Assembly (NCBI GenBank): GCA_012295275.1
Contig: CM022678.1
Coordinates: 248,001-312,000, forward strand
Reading direction: 5' to 3'
Source of the DNA: Chrysomallon squamiferum
Taxonomy: Eukaryota; Animalia; Mollusca
DNA: 64,000 nt
Part shown: one piece after another, positions 14,601 to 29,790 of the stretch
Layout of the letters: the number at the start of each line of letters is the position of its first letter
How positions within the stretch are numbered: position 1 is the first letter of the stretch
Translations under genes and position numbers: made by a program
The notes under the pieces: generated by a model
The model's database searches: none
The model's input: only the letters and a program-made list of their open reading frames with translations
What the model was told of the DNA's origin: nothing

Positions 14601-17600
14601 AAGCAAACAAGTCCACATTTTGAGATATGAATATGTGTGGCATCCACATGAAATATGGTCAGAGACAGATTATAAATCAGCCTGTCACTTACTTAACATA
14701 ATTTAGTAGAATCCACAAAACCAAGAATACAACTTGGTCAAAGTGTTCACATGTTATGTTATATTGATAAGTAAGAATAAAATTATATTTATATTTTTAT
14801 AACATAATTTAGTACAGTTGACAAAACTGAGAATATAACTTAGTAAAACTGTTCAAAATACATTTATATTTGTTTTGTTTATATTAACTAATTTAGTACA
14901 ATCCACAAAACTAAGTGTATAGCTAAGTTAGAATATAACTTGATAAAACCGTTCACATGTTATATTTATATTTGTATTGTTTATATGACAAAGTAAGAGG
15001 ACAGACAAAACAAAGAGTGGAATTGATTCTAGTATTATTTATATGATGTTGTGCATAAATCTGAACCGAGAACTATGTGAACTCATTCAGCTGTGATTGT
15101 TTTGAAGATTATTATTTAAAATTATGTTACCAGAGATGCTTTTTCAAGAAATAATATGCATGAATGAAAATCAAACATGAAAGTGTGTACACAAAGTAAA
15201 TAAGATAAAATTGACACTTATTTAACTTAATTTTACCTGTGTTATTGCTGTTAAGTGTTTAAAATTTGTTTTCATCTTTTCTTCATGTATGCAGGCCGAT
15301 CAACATGTGTGTTTTATGTATGAAAAATACATTAAATGGAAAGCTATGTCACCAAATCTAAAATAATGTCAATGCAGTAATTTTCACAGACTTTATTTAG
15401 ATCTCACAGATTTAGTCATTTCCAGTGATTTTAGAGAAATGTTCTGTTGATAGCTTTCGTGTATATTTGTAATGTTTAGGTAAACTTGGAATAGCACTAG
15501 TAAATATGTGTGTTTCAGGTTGACTATGTCGCTTCGACAAAGCAGCAGAACAGCTGAGAAACAGAGCAACCCAGAGCCAGAACCTGGCCCAGTCGCCCAT
15601 CACCACCTCAGAACAAGGAAAAAAACAAATCCAAAACAAGGTAATTAATGACAACGAAGTTTTTATCAACAGCATTGTGATCACTGCTTTCATATCCATT
15701 TTTATATAAAAAAAACTCATATTAATATTAGCCTTTTTTTATTTAAAAAAATATTTTATTAATTTATTTATGTAAAAAAATTAAAAACTACAGTATACAA
15801 AGCTACAGTATCACTATGAGTATTACTTATATAACATAATTTAGTACAGTTGACAAAACTAAGAATATAACTTAGTAAAACTATTCACATGTTATGTTAT
15901 TTTGATAAGTAAAAATATAACTAGGTAAAAATATTCAGAAGTTATATTTATGTATTATTTTTATAACATAATTTAGTGCATTGACAAAACAAAGAATTAT
16001 AACTTAGTAAAACTAATGAGAAATTATAATTTTATTGCTTATGCAGCTTATTTCACTAATAAGACAGACAAGACTAAGATTGATTGGGATTGATTCTAAT
16101 GTTATTTATATGAATCCACGCATGAATCTGAATCCTGAACTGTGAAGTGACCCATGTGTGATTGTTCTACATGTTTTAAACATTATTATTTACAAATTGT
16201 TATATCTCAACTGAAAAATGTTAGCTCAAGAAATAATATGCATGAAGTTTGAAAATCAAAGATGAAAGTGTGTCCGCACTTTCAATAAGACAAAGTTGTT
16301 TATCACTTATTTAACTGAATTCTGATGACAAAATTTCAATATTTCAATATACTGTTTAGTTTTGATAGAAAATTATAAACAGTTAAAAATAGTTTTTGTA
16401 TTTGTAATAATAGAATATTTCAATGTATTGTTTATGTTATTAATGATAAATTCTAAACTGACAATAGTATTGTTTACATTTGGAACAATACACTTGTTTC
16501 AATATATTGTTTATTCTCTCTTCGGAATTACTAAATTGAAAGTTTTAAAATTTATATTGATAATGAATTAGCAATTTAAAGTCTTTGTGGCCTTTTTGTT
16601 TGACAGTAAAGCAAAACACACACTGGTTACTGTTTGATTATTTCATCATGACCATTATAATTATTCTTGTTTTTCTGTTATACATTTTAAAACTCTAAAG
16701 TAATGTATATTTCATACAGACAAAACATTTTTTAAATCATACATTGTTATATTTAATAATACTTTTAACAAATAATAGATTGTATTAATATTGTATGCTG
16801 TCCTTGCAGATACAAACATTTAAAAACAAAAATAAGCTTGTGAGATATAAATTTAAAAAATAATACAACTTGTACGACAAACATTAAATATATTTTGCTG
16901 TGCAAATGTTCATTTAGGAGTAGAAGATAATTTAATTTGCAAGTTGAAAACTGAAACTTTTCTGTTTTCTCTACATGTTTTATATATAACAGAAAACACA
17001 TCAGGTTGTTATTACTACTTTTCGGTCAGACATTTCAATCTGAACAACATGCACACATCACCCATTCTGACTAAAGCAAACAAGTCCACATTTTGAGATA
17101 TGAATATGTGTGGCATCCACATGAAATATGGTCAGAGACAGATTATAAATCAGCCTGTCACTTACTTAACATAATTTAGTAGAATCCACAAAACCAAGAA
17201 TACAACTTGGTCAAAGTGTTCACATGTTATGTTATATTGATAAGTAAGAATAAAATTATATTTATATTTTTATAACATAATTTAGTACAGTTGACAAAAC
17301 TTAGAATATAACTTAGTAAAACTGTTCATATTACATTTATATTTGTTTTGTTTATATTAACTAATTTAGTACAATCCACAAAACTAAGTGTATAGCTAAG
17401 TTAGAATATAACTTGATAAAACCGTTCACATGTTATATTTATATTTGTATTGTTTATATGACAAAGTAAGAGGACAGACAAAACAAAGAGTGGAATTGAT
17501 TCTAGTATTATTTATATGATGTTGTGCATAAATCTGAACCGAGAACTATGTGAACTCATTCAGCTGTGATTGTTTTGAAGATTATTATTTAAAATTATGT

Positions 17601-20600
17601 TACCAGAGATGCTTTTTCAAGAAATAATATGCATGAATGAAAATCAAACATGAAAGTGTGTACACAAAGTAAATAAGATAAAATTGACACTTATTTAACT
17701 TAATTTTACCTGTGTTATTGCTGTTAAGTGTTTAAAATTTGTTTTCATCTTTTCTTCATGTATGCAGGCTGATCAACATGTGTGTTTTATGTATGAAAAA
17801 ATACATTAAATGGAAAGCTATGTCACCAAATCTAAAATAATGTCAATGCAGTAATTTTCACAGACTTTATTTAGATCTCACAGATTTAGTCATTTCCAGT
17901 GATTTTAGAGAAATGTTCTGTTGATAGCTTTCGTGTATATTTGTAATGTTTAGGTAAACTTGGAATAGCACTAGTAAAAATATGTGTGTTTCAGGTTGAC
18001 TATGTCCTTCGACAAAGCAGCAGAACAGCTGAGAAACAGAGCAACCCAGAGCCAGAACCTGGCCCAGTCGCCCATCACCACCTCAGAACAAGGAAAAAAA
18101 CAAATCCAAAACAAGGTAATTAATGACAACGAAGTTTTTATCAACAGCATTGTGATCACTGCTTTCATATCCATTTTTATATAAAAAAAACTCATATTAA
18201 TATTAGCCTTTTTTTATTTAAAAAAATATTTTATTAATTTATTTATGTAAAAAAATTAAAAACTACAGTATACAAAGCTACAGTATCACTATGAGTATTA
18301 CTTATATAACATAATTTAGTACAGTTGACAAAACTAAGAATATAACTTAGTAAAACTATTCACATGTTATGTTATTTTGATAAGTAAAAATATAACTAGG
18401 TAAAAATATTCAGAAGTTATATTTATGTATTATTTTTATAACATAATTTAGTGCATTGACAAAACAAAGAATTATAACTTAGTAAAACTAATGAGAAATT
18501 ATAATTTTATTGCTTATGCAGCTTATTTCACTAATAAGACAGACAAGACTAAGATTGATTGGGATTGATTCTAATGTTATTTATATGAATCCACGCATGA
18601 ATCTGAATCCTGAACTGTGAAGTGACCCATGTGTGATTGTTCTACATGTTTTAAACATTATTATTTACAAATTGTTATATCTCAACTGAAAAATGTTTTT
18701 TCAAGAAATAATATGCGCGAAGTTTGAAAATCAAAGATGAAAGTGTGTCCGCACTTTCAATAAGACAAAGTTGTTTATCACTTATTTAACTGAATTCTGA
18801 TGACAAAATTTCAATATTTCAATATACTGTTTAGTTTTGATAGAAAATTATAAACAGTTAAAAATAGTTTTTGTATTTGTAATAATAGAATATTTCAATG
18901 TATTGTTTATGTTATTAATGATAAATTCTAAACTGACAATAGTATTGTTTACATTTGGAACAATACACTTGTTTCAATATATTGTTTATTCTCTCTTCGG
19001 AATTACTAAATTGAAAGTTTTAAAATTTATATTGATAATGAATTAGCAATTTAAAGTCTTTGTGGCCTTTTTGTTTCACAGTAAAGCAAAACACACACTG
19101 GTTACTGTTTGATTATTTCATCATGACCATTATAATTATTCTTGTTTTTCTGTTATACATTTTAAAACTCTAAAGTAATGTATATTTCATACAGACAAAA
19201 CATTTTTTAAATCATACATTGTTATATTTAATAATACTTTTAACAAATAATAGATTGTATTAATATTGTATGCTGTCCTTGCAGATACAAACATTTAAAA
19301 ACAAAAATAAGCTTGTGAGATATAAATTTAAAAAATAATACAACTTGTACGACAAACATTAAATATATTTTGCTGTGCAAATGTTCATTTAGGAGTAGAA
19401 GATAATTTAATTTGCAAGTTGAAAACTGAAACTTTTCTGTTTTCTCTACATGTTTTATATATAACAGAAAACACATCAGGTTGTTATTACTACTTTTCGG
19501 TCAGACACTTCAATCTGAACAACATGCACACATCACCCATTCTGACTAAAGCAAACAAGTCCACATTCTGAGATATGAAGATGTGTTATTTTTATAACAT
19601 AATTTAGTGCATTGACAAAACAAAGAATTATAACTTAGTAAAAGTAATGAGAAATTATAATTTTATTGCTTATGCAGCTTATTTCACTAATAAGACAGAC
19701 AAGACTAAGATTGATTGGGATTGATTCTAATGTTATTTATATGAATCCACGCATGAATCTGAATCCTGAACTGTGAAGTGACCCATGTGTGATTGTTCTA
19801 CATGTTTTAAACATTATTATTTACAAATTGTTATATCTCAACTGAAAAATGTTTTTCAAGAAATAATATGCATGAAGTTTGAAAATCAAAGATGAAAGTG
19901 TGTCCGCACTTTCAATAAGACAAAGTTGTTTATCACTTATTTAACTGAATTCTGATGACAAAATTTCAATATTTCAATATACTGTTTAGTTTTGATAGAA
20001 AATTATAAACAGTTAAAAATAATTTTTGTATTTGTAATAATAGAATATTTCAATGTATTGTTTATGTTATTGATGATAAATTCTAAACTGACAATAGTAT
20101 TGTTTACATTTGGAACAATACACTTGTTTCAATATATTGTTTATTCTCTCTTCGGAATTACTAAATTGAAAGTTTTAAAATTTATATTGATAATGAATTA
20201 GCAATTTAAAGTCTTTGTGGCCTTTTTGTTTCACAGTAAAGCAAAACACACACTGGTTACTGTTTGATTATTTCATCATGACCATTATAATTATTCTTGT
20301 TTTTCTGTTATACATTTTAAAACTGTAAAGTAATGTATATTTCATACAGACAAAACATTTTTTAAATCATACATTGTTATATTTAATAATACTTTTAACA
20401 AATAATTGATTGTATTAATATTGTATGCTGTCCTTGCAGATACAAACATTTAAAAACAAAAATAAGCTTGTGAGATATAAATTTAAAAAATAATACAACT
20501 TGTACGACAAACAGTAAATATATTTTGCTGTGCAAATGTTCATTTAGGAGTAGAAGATAATTTAATTTGCAAGTTGAAAACTGAAACTTTTCTGTTTTCT

Positions 20601-21621
20601 CTACATGTTTTATATATAACAGAAAACACATCAGGTTGTTATTACTACTTTTCAGTCAGACACTTCAATCTGAACAACATGCACACATCACCCATTCTGA
20701 CTAAAGCAAACAAGTCCACATTCTGAGATATGAATATGTGTGGCATCCACATGAAATATGGTCAGAGACAGATTATAAATCAGCCTGTCACTTACTTAAC
20801 ATAATTTAGTAGAATCCACAAAACCAAGAATACAACTTGGTCAAAGTGTTCACATGTTATGTTATATTGATAAGTAAGAATAAAATTATATTGATATTTT
20901 TATAACATAATTTAGTACAGTTGACAAAACTGAGAATATAACTTAGTAAAACTGTTCATATTACATTTATATTTGTTTTGTTTATATAAACTAATTTAGT
21001 ACAATCCACAAAACTAAGTGTATAGCTAAGTTAGAATATAACTTGATAAAACTGTTCACATGTTATATTTATATTTGTATTGTTTATATGACAAAGTAAG
21101 AGGACAGACAAAACAAAGAGTGGAATTGATTCTAATATTATTTATATGATGTTGTGCATAAATCTGAACCGAGAACTATGTGAACTCATTCAGCTGTGAT
21201 TGTTTTGAAGATTATTATTTAAAATTATGTTACCAGAGATGCTTTTTCAAGAAATAATATGCATGAATGAAAATCAAACATGAAAGTGTGTACTCAAAGT
21301 AAATAAGATAAAATTGACACTTATTTAACTTAATTTTACCTGTGTTATTGCTGTTAAGTGTTTTAAATTTGTTTTCATCTTTTCTTCATGTATGCAGGCT
21401 GATCAACATGTGTGTTTTATGTATGAAAAATACATTAAATGGAAAGCTATGTCACCAAATCTAAAATAATGTCAATGCAGTAATTTTCACAGACTTTATT
21501 TAGATCTCACAGATTTAGTCATTTCCAGTGATTTTAGAGAAATGTTCTGTTGATAGCTTTCGTGTATATTTGTAATGTTTAGGTAAACTTGGAATAGCAC
21601 TAGTAAATATGTGTGTTTCAG

Positions 21622-21744
21622 GTTGACTATGTCGCTTCGACAAAGCAGCAGAACAGCTGAGAAACACAGCAACCCAGAGCCAGAACCTGGCCCAGTCAGC
21701 CCATCACCACCTCAGAACAAGGAAAAAAACAAATCCAAAACAAG
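21622..21744 (+). CDS. Putative 123-nt exon, array copy 7 (open, same sequence as copy 1)
   Basis: Same splice sites and 123-nt length, no stop. The other eight copies are 121, 122 or 124 nt, and some also carry a stop codon. Confidence 0.45.
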
Positions 21745-24700
21745 GTAATTAATGACAACGAAGTTTTTATCAACAGCATTGTGATCACTGCTTTCATATC
21801 CATTTTTATATAAAAAACTCATAGTAATATTAGCCTTTTATTATTTAAAAAAATATTTTAATAATTTATTTTTGTAAAAAAAATTAAAAACTACAGTATA
21901 CAAAGCTACAGTATCACTATGAGTATTACTTATATAGCATAATTTAGTACAGTTGACAAAACTAAGAATATAACTTAGTAAAACTATTCACATGTTATGT
22001 TATTTTGATAAGTAAAAATATAACTAGGTAAAAATATTCAGAAGTTATATTTATGTATTATTTTTATAACATAATTTAGTGCATTGACAAAACAAAGAAT
22101 TATAACTTAGTAAAAGTAATGAGAAATTATAATTTTATTGCTTATGCAGCTTATTTCACTAATAAGACAGACAAGACTAAGATTGATTGGGATTGATTCT
22201 AATGTTATTTATATGAATCCACGCATGAATCTGAATCCTGAACTGTGAAGTGACCCATGTGTGATTGTTCTACATGTTTTAAACATTATTATTTACAAAT
22301 TGTTATATCTCAACTGAAAAATGTTTTTTCAAGAAATAATATGCTTGAAGTTTGAAAATCAAAGATGAAAGTGTGTCCGCACTTTCAATAAGACAAAGTT
22401 GTTTATCACTTATTTAACTGAATTCTGATGACAAAATTTCAATATTTCAATATACTGTTTAGTTTTGATAGAAAATTATAAACAGTTAAAAATAATTTTT
22501 GTATTTGTAATAATAGAATATTTCAATGTATTGTTTATGTTATTGATGATAAATTCTAAACTGACAATAGTATTGTTTACATTTGGAACAATACACTTGT
22601 TTCAATATATTGTTTATTCTCTCTTCGGAATTACTAAATTGAAAGTTTTAAAATTTATATTGATAATGAATTAGCAATTTAAAGTCTTTGTGGCCTTTTT
22701 GTTTCACAGTAAAGCAAAACACACACTGGTTACTGTTTGATTATTTCATCATGACCATTATAATTATTCTTGTTTTTCTGTTATACATTTTAAAACTGTA
22801 AAGTAATGTATATTTCATACAGACAAAACATTTTTTAAATCATACATTGTTATATTTAATAATACTTTTAACAAATAATTGATTGTATTAATATTGTATG
22901 CTGTCCTTGCAGATACAAACATTTAAAAACAAAAATAAGCTTGTGAGATATAAATTTAAAAAATAATACAACTTGTACGACAAACAGTAAATATATTTTG
23001 CTGTGCAAATGTTCATTTAGGAGTAGAAGATAATTTAATTTGCAAGTTGAAAACTGAAACTTTTCTGTTTTCTCTACATGTTTTATATATAACAGAAAAC
23101 ACATCAGGTTGTTATTACTACTACTTTTCAGTCAGACACTTCAATCTGAACAACATGCACACATCACCCATTCTGACTAAAGCAAACAAGTCCACATTCT
23201 GAGATATGAATATGTGTGGCATCCACATGAAATATGGTCAGAGACAGATTATAAATCAGCCTGTCACTTACTTAACATAATTTAGTAGAATCCACAAAAC
23301 CAAGAATACAACTTGGTCAAAGTGTTCACATGTTATGTTATATTGATAAGTAAGAATAAAATTATATTGATATTTTTTATAACATAATTTAGTACAGTTG
23401 ACAAAACTGAGAATATAACTTAGTAAAACTGTTCATATTACATTTATATTTGTTTTGTTTATATAAAATAATTTAGTACAATCCACAAAACTAAGTGTAT
23501 AGCTAAGTTAGAATATAACTTGATAAAACTGTTCACATGTTATATTTATATTTGTATTGTTTATATGACAAAGTAAGAGGACAGACAAAACAAAGAGTGG
23601 AATTGATTCTAATATTATATATGATGTTGTGCATAAATCTGAACCGAGAACTATGTGAACTCATTCAGCTGTGATTGTTTTGAAGATTATTATTTAAAAT
23701 TATGTTACCAGAGATGCTTTTTCAAGAAATAATATGCATGAATGAAAATCAAACATGAAAGTGTGTACTCAAAGTAAATAAGATAAAATTGACACTTATT
23801 TAACTTAATTTTACCTGTGTTATTGCTGTTAAGTGTTTTAAATTTGTTTTCATCTTTTCTTCATGTATGCAGGCTGATCAACATGTGTGTTTTATGTATG
23901 AAAAATACATTAAATGGAAAGCTATGTCACCAAATCTAAAATAATGTCAATGCAGTAATTTTCACAGACTTTATTTAGATCTCACAGATTTAGTCATTTC
24001 CAGTGATTTTAGAGAAATGTTCTGTTGATAGCTTTCGTGTATATTTGTAATGTTTAGGTAAACTTGGAATAGCACTAGTAAATATGTGTGTTTCAGGTTG
24101 ACTATGTCGCTTCGACAAAGCAGCAGAACAGCTGAGAAACGGATCAACCCAGAGCCAGAACCTGGCCCAGTCAGCCCATCACCACCTCAGAACAAAAAAC
24201 AAAAACAAATCCAAAACAAGGTAATTAATGACAACGAAGTTTTTATCAACAGCATTGTGATCACTGCTTTCATATCCATTTTTATATAAAAAACTCATAG
24301 TAATATTAGCCTTTTATTATTTAAAAAAATATTTTAATAATTTATTTTTGTAAAAAAAATTAAAAACTACAGTATACAAAGCTACAGTATCACTATGAGT
24401 ATTACTTATATAACATAATTTAGTACAGTTGACAAAACTAAGAATATAACTTAGTAAAACTATTCACATGTTATGTTATTTTGATAAGTAAAAATATAAC
24501 TAGGTAAAAATATTCAGAAGTTATATTTATGTATTATTTTTATAACATAATTTAGTGCATTGACAAAACAAAGAATTATAACTTAGTAAAAGTAATGAGA
24601 AATTATAATTTTATTGCTTATGCAGCTTATTTCACTAATAAGACAGACAAGACTAAGATTGATTGGGATTGATTCTAATATTATTTATATGAATCCACGC

Positions 24701-27700
24701 ATGAATCTGAATCCTGAACTGTGAAGTGACCCATGTGTGATTGTTCTACATGTTTTAAACATTATTATTTACAAATTGTTATATCTCAACTGAAAAATGT
24801 TTTTTCAAGAAATAATATGCGCGAAGTTTGAAAATCAAAGATGAAAGTGTGTCCGCACTTTCAATAAGACAAAGTTGTTTATCACTTATTTAACTGAATT
24901 CTGATGACAAAATTTCAATATTTCAATATACTGTTTAGTTTTGATAGAAAATTATAAACAGTTAAAAATAATTTTTGTATTTGTAATAATAGAATATTTC
25001 AATGTATTGTTTATGTTATTAATGATAAATTCTAAACTGACAATAGTATTGTTTACATTTGGAACAATACACTTGTTTCAATATATTGTTTATTCTCTCT
25101 TCGGAATTACTAAATTGAAAGTTTTAAAATTTATATTGATAATGAATTAGCAATTTAAAGTCTTTGTGGCCTTTTTTGTTTCACAGTAAAGCAAAACACA
25201 CACTGGTTACTGTTTGATTATTTCATCATGACCATTATAATTATTCTTGTTTTTCTGTTATACATTTTAAAACTGTAAAGTAATGTATATTTCATACAGA
25301 CAAAACATTTTTTAAATCATACATTGTTATATTTAATAATACTTTTAACAAATAATAGATTGTATTAATATTGTATGCTGTCCTTGCAGATACAAACATT
25401 TAAAAACAAAAATAAGCTTGTGAGATATAAATTTAAAAAATAATACAACTTGTACGACAAACAGTAAATATATTTTGCTGTGCAAATGTTCATTTAGGAG
25501 TAGAAGATAATTTAATTTGCAAGTTGAAAACTGAAACTTTTCTGTTTTCTCTACATGTTTTATATATAACAGAAAACACATCAGGTTGTTATTACTACTT
25601 TTCAGTGAGACACTTCAATCTGAACAACATGCACACATCACCCATTCTGACTAAAGCAAACAAGTCCACATTCTGAGATATGAAGATGTGTGGCATCCAC
25701 ATGAAATATGGTCAGAGACAGATTATAAATCAGCCTGTCACTTACTTAACATAATTTAGTAGAATCCACAAAACCAAGAATACAACTTGGTCAAAGTGTT
25801 CACATGTTATGTTATATTGATAAGTAAGAATAAAATTATATTTATATTTTTATAACATAATTTAGTACAGTTGACAAAACTGAGAATATAACTTAGTAAA
25901 ACTGTTCATATTACATTTATATTTGTTTTGTTTATATAAAATAATTTAGTACAATCCACAAAACTAAGTGTATAGCTAAGTTAGAATATAACTTGGTAAA
26001 ACTGTTCACATGTTATATTTATATTTGTATTGTTTATATGACAAAGTAAGAGGACAGACAAAACAAAGAGTGGAATTGATTCTAGTATTATTTATATGAT
26101 GTTGTGCATAAATCTGAACCGAGAACTATGTGAACTCATTCAGCTGTGATTGTTTTGAAGATTATTATTTAAAATTATGTTACCAGAGATGCTTTTTCAA
26201 GAAATAATATGCATGAATGAAAATCAAACATGAAAGTGTGTACACAAAGTAAATAAGATAAAATTGACACTTATTTAACTTAATTTTACCTGTGTTATTG
26301 CTGTTAAGTGTTTAAAATTTGTTTTCATCTTTTCTTCATGTATGCAGGCTGATCAACATGTGTGTTTTATGTATGAAAAATACATTAAATGGAAAGCTAT
26401 GTCACCAAATCTAAAATAATGTCAATGCAGTAATTTTCACAGACTTTATTTAGATCTCACAGATTTAGTCATTTCCAGTGATTTTAGAGAAATGTCTGTT
26501 GATAGCTTTCGTGTATATTTGTAATGTTTAGGTAAACTTGGAATAGCACTAGTAAATATGTGTGTTTCAGGTTTGACTATGTCCTTCGACAAAGCAGCAG
26601 AACAGCTGAGAAACACAGCAACCCAGAGCCAGAACCTGGCCCAGTCAGCCCATCACCACCTCAGAACAAAAAACAAAAACAAATCCAAAACAAGGTAATT
26701 AATGACAACGAAGTTTTTATCAACAGCATTGTGATCACTGCTTTCATATCCATTTTTATATAAAAAACTCATAGTAATATTAGCCTTTTATTATTTAAAA
26801 AAATATTTTAATAATTTATTTATGTAAAAAAATTAAAAACTACAGTATACAAAGCTACAGTATCACTATGAGTATTACTTATATAACATAATTTAGTACA
26901 GTTGACAAAACTAAGAATATAACTTAGTAAAACTATTCACATGTTATGTTATTTTGATAAGTAAAAATATAACTAGGTAAAAATATTCAGAAGTTATATT
27001 TATGTATTATTTTTATAACATAATTTAGTGCATTGACAAAACAAAGAATTATAACTTAGTAAAAGTAATGAGAAATTATAATTTTATTGCTTATGCAGCT
27101 TATTTCACTAATAAGACAGACAAGACTAAGATTGATTGGGATTGATTCTAATGTTATTTATATGAATCCACGCATGAATCTGAATCCTGAACTGTGAAGT
27201 GACCCATGTGTGATTGTTCTACATGTTTTAAACATTATTATTTACAAATTGTTATATCTCAACTGAAAAATGTTTTTTCAAGAAATAATATGCGCGAAGT
27301 TTGAAAATCAAAGATGAAAGTGTGTCCGCACTTTCAATAAGACAAAGTTGTTTATCACTTATTTAACTGAATTCTGATGACAAAATTTCAATATTTCAAT
27401 ATACTGTTTAGTTTTGATAGAAAATTATAAACAGTTAAAAATAATTTTTGTATTTGTAATAATAGAATATTTCAATGTATTGTTTATGTTATTGATGATA
27501 AATTCTAAACTGACAATAGTATTGTTTACATTTGGAACAATACACTTGTTTCAATATATTGTTTATTCTCTCTTCGGAATTACTAAATTGAAAGTTTTAA
27601 AATTTATATTGATAATGAATTAGCAATTTAAAGTCTTTGTGGCCTTTTTGTTTGACAGTAAAAAAAAAACACACACTGGTTACTGTTTGATTATTTCATC

Positions 27701-29716
27701 ATGACCATTATAATTATTCTTGTTTTTCTGTTATACATTTTAAAACTGTAAAGTAATGTATATTTCATACAGACAAAACATTTTTTAAATCATACATTGT
27801 TATATTTAATAATACTTTTAACAAATAATTGATTGTATTAATATTGTATGCTGTCCTTGCAGATACAAACATTTAAAAACAAAAATAAGCTTGTGAGATA
27901 TAAATTTAAAAAATAATACAACTTGTACGACAAACAGTAAATATATTTTGCTGTGCAAATGTTCATTTAGGAGTAGAAGATAATTTAATTTGCAAGTTGA
28001 AAACTGAAACTTTTTTCTGTTTTCTCTACATGTTTTATATATAACAGAAAACACATCAGGTTGTTATTACTACTTTTCGGTCAGACACTTCAATCTGAAC
28101 AACATGCACACATCACCCATTCTGACTAAAGGAGACAAGTCCACATTTTGAGATATGAATATGTGTGGCATCCACATGAAATATGGTCAGAGACAGATTA
28201 TAAATCAGCCTGTCACTTACTTAACATAATTTAGTAGAATCCACAAAACCAAGAATACAACTTGGTCAAAGTGTTCACATGTTATGTTATATTGATAAGT
28301 AAGAATAAAATTATATTTATATTTTTATAACATAATTTAGTACAGTTGACAAAACTGAGAATATAACTTAGTAAAACTGTTCATATTACATTTATATTTG
28401 TTTTGTTTATATAAAATAATTTAGTACAATCCACAAAACTAAGTGTATAGCTAAGTTAGAATATAACTTGATAAAACTGTTCACATGTTATATTTATATT
28501 TGTATTGTTTATATGACAAAGTAAGAGGACAGACAAAACAAAGAGTGGAATTGATTCTAGTATTATTTATATGATGTTGTGCATAAATCTGAACCGAGAA
28601 CTATGTGAACTCATTCAGCTGTGATTGTTTTGAAGATTATTATTTAAAATTATGTTACCAGAGATGCTTTTTCAAGAAATAATATGCATGAATGAAAATC
28701 AAACATGAAAGTGTGTACACACAGTAAATAAGATAAAATTGACACTTATTCAACTGAATTTTACCTGTGTTATTGCTGTTAAGTGTTTAAAATTTGTTTT
28801 CATCTTTTCTTCATGTATGCAGGCTGATCAACATGTGTGTTTTGTGTATGAAAAATACATTAAATGGAAAGCTGATGTCACCAAATCTAAAATAATGTCA
28901 ATGCAGTAATTTTCACAGACTTTATTTAGATCTCACAGATTTAGTCATTTCCGTTGATTTGAGAGAAATATTCTGTTGGTAGCTTTCATGTATATTTGTA
29001 ATGTTTAGGTAAACTTGGAATAGCACTAGTAAGTCTGTGTGTTTCAGGTTGACTATATCTCTTCGACAAAGCAGCAGAACAGCTGAGAAACGCAGCAACC
29101 CAGAGCCAGAACCTGGCCCAGTGGTGAATCACCATCCCCTAAAAAGAGGAAAAAAAACAATAAAATGAAGTAACAAAATTGTTAAAATTATTTTCATGAG
29201 TATTTTTAAATAATAGAATCTGATATCTCTATTTTAAAAATGTGCTCCAGTGCATTCAGATCTGTACTGGCGAAGGCAGAATTGTTAAACCCTTGTTTTT
29301 CATTCTGTCAAATTGTAAAGCTATATGTTTAAAGTTTTTAAAATTTTAGAATTATTATATTTATTATAAAACTGTTATAAATAGTACACATATTGTGATA
29401 ATTATTACATTTACTATGAAACTAAGGTATAAGTTAATATAACTATTGTAACAGTTATGATATTTACAAAGCTGCTTCTTAGAAAACATCCTACAAATGC
29501 TTTGTGATAATTATCAGTTAATTGTTAGAAAATATTTCGAATGAACTGGTAGGTTTAAATGAAATATCACTTGTTCATGAGAAAGAATACACCATGTAGT
29601 GGGTTTCATCTTTTTTTTCTTCTTTTTTTTTAATCTGAATTTTGCTTAATCTTAAGTAGCAGTGAAAACAATTTTTGTTTTTCTTTCTTCTGTTTTAAAA
29701 ATATTATTTTTTACAG

Positions 29717-29790
29717 CTCAACCAACATGAATGACAGGAAAAAGAGTTCACAAATGTCATCTAACGTTACAGATATGTCTTCCTCACAGA
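29717..29790 (+). CDS. Gene A exon with ATG at 29727 (MNDRKKSSQMSSNVTDMSSSQ), Ser-rich
   Basis: ttttacag|CTCAACCAACATG...CAGA|gtatga (phase 1). The same acceptor, ATG and donor are conserved in gene B (56445-56291). Confidence 0.75.

Larger units (their letters stand above)
5140..29170. repeat. Tandem array of ~2.47-kb units (about 9.7 units plus a 1,155-bp partial copy) in the 5' region of gene A
   Basis: The marker tttcag|gttgacta (gtttgacta in copy 9) recurs at 5496, 7979, 10494, 13048, 15519, 17995, 21622, 24097, 26571 and 29048. Spacing is 2471-2554, with one of 3627 = 2472+1155. Units are near-identical. Confidence 0.97.

Noticed and set aside
12941-18195. Minus-strand ORFs with an apparent signal peptide (MGDWARFWLWVALFLSCSAALS)
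   Set aside because: These are the antisense of the splice-flanked plus-strand exon. The frame is not preserved among copies and the splice signals support the plus strand.
13890-28054. Repeated 69-aa (MIENYKQ...) and 78-aa (MCFLLYI...) ORFs as a multicopy small-protein family
   Set aside because: They recur only because the array unit recurs. They have AT-driven composition, the 69-aa ORF starts at TTG, they are broken in some units, and I recognise no domain.
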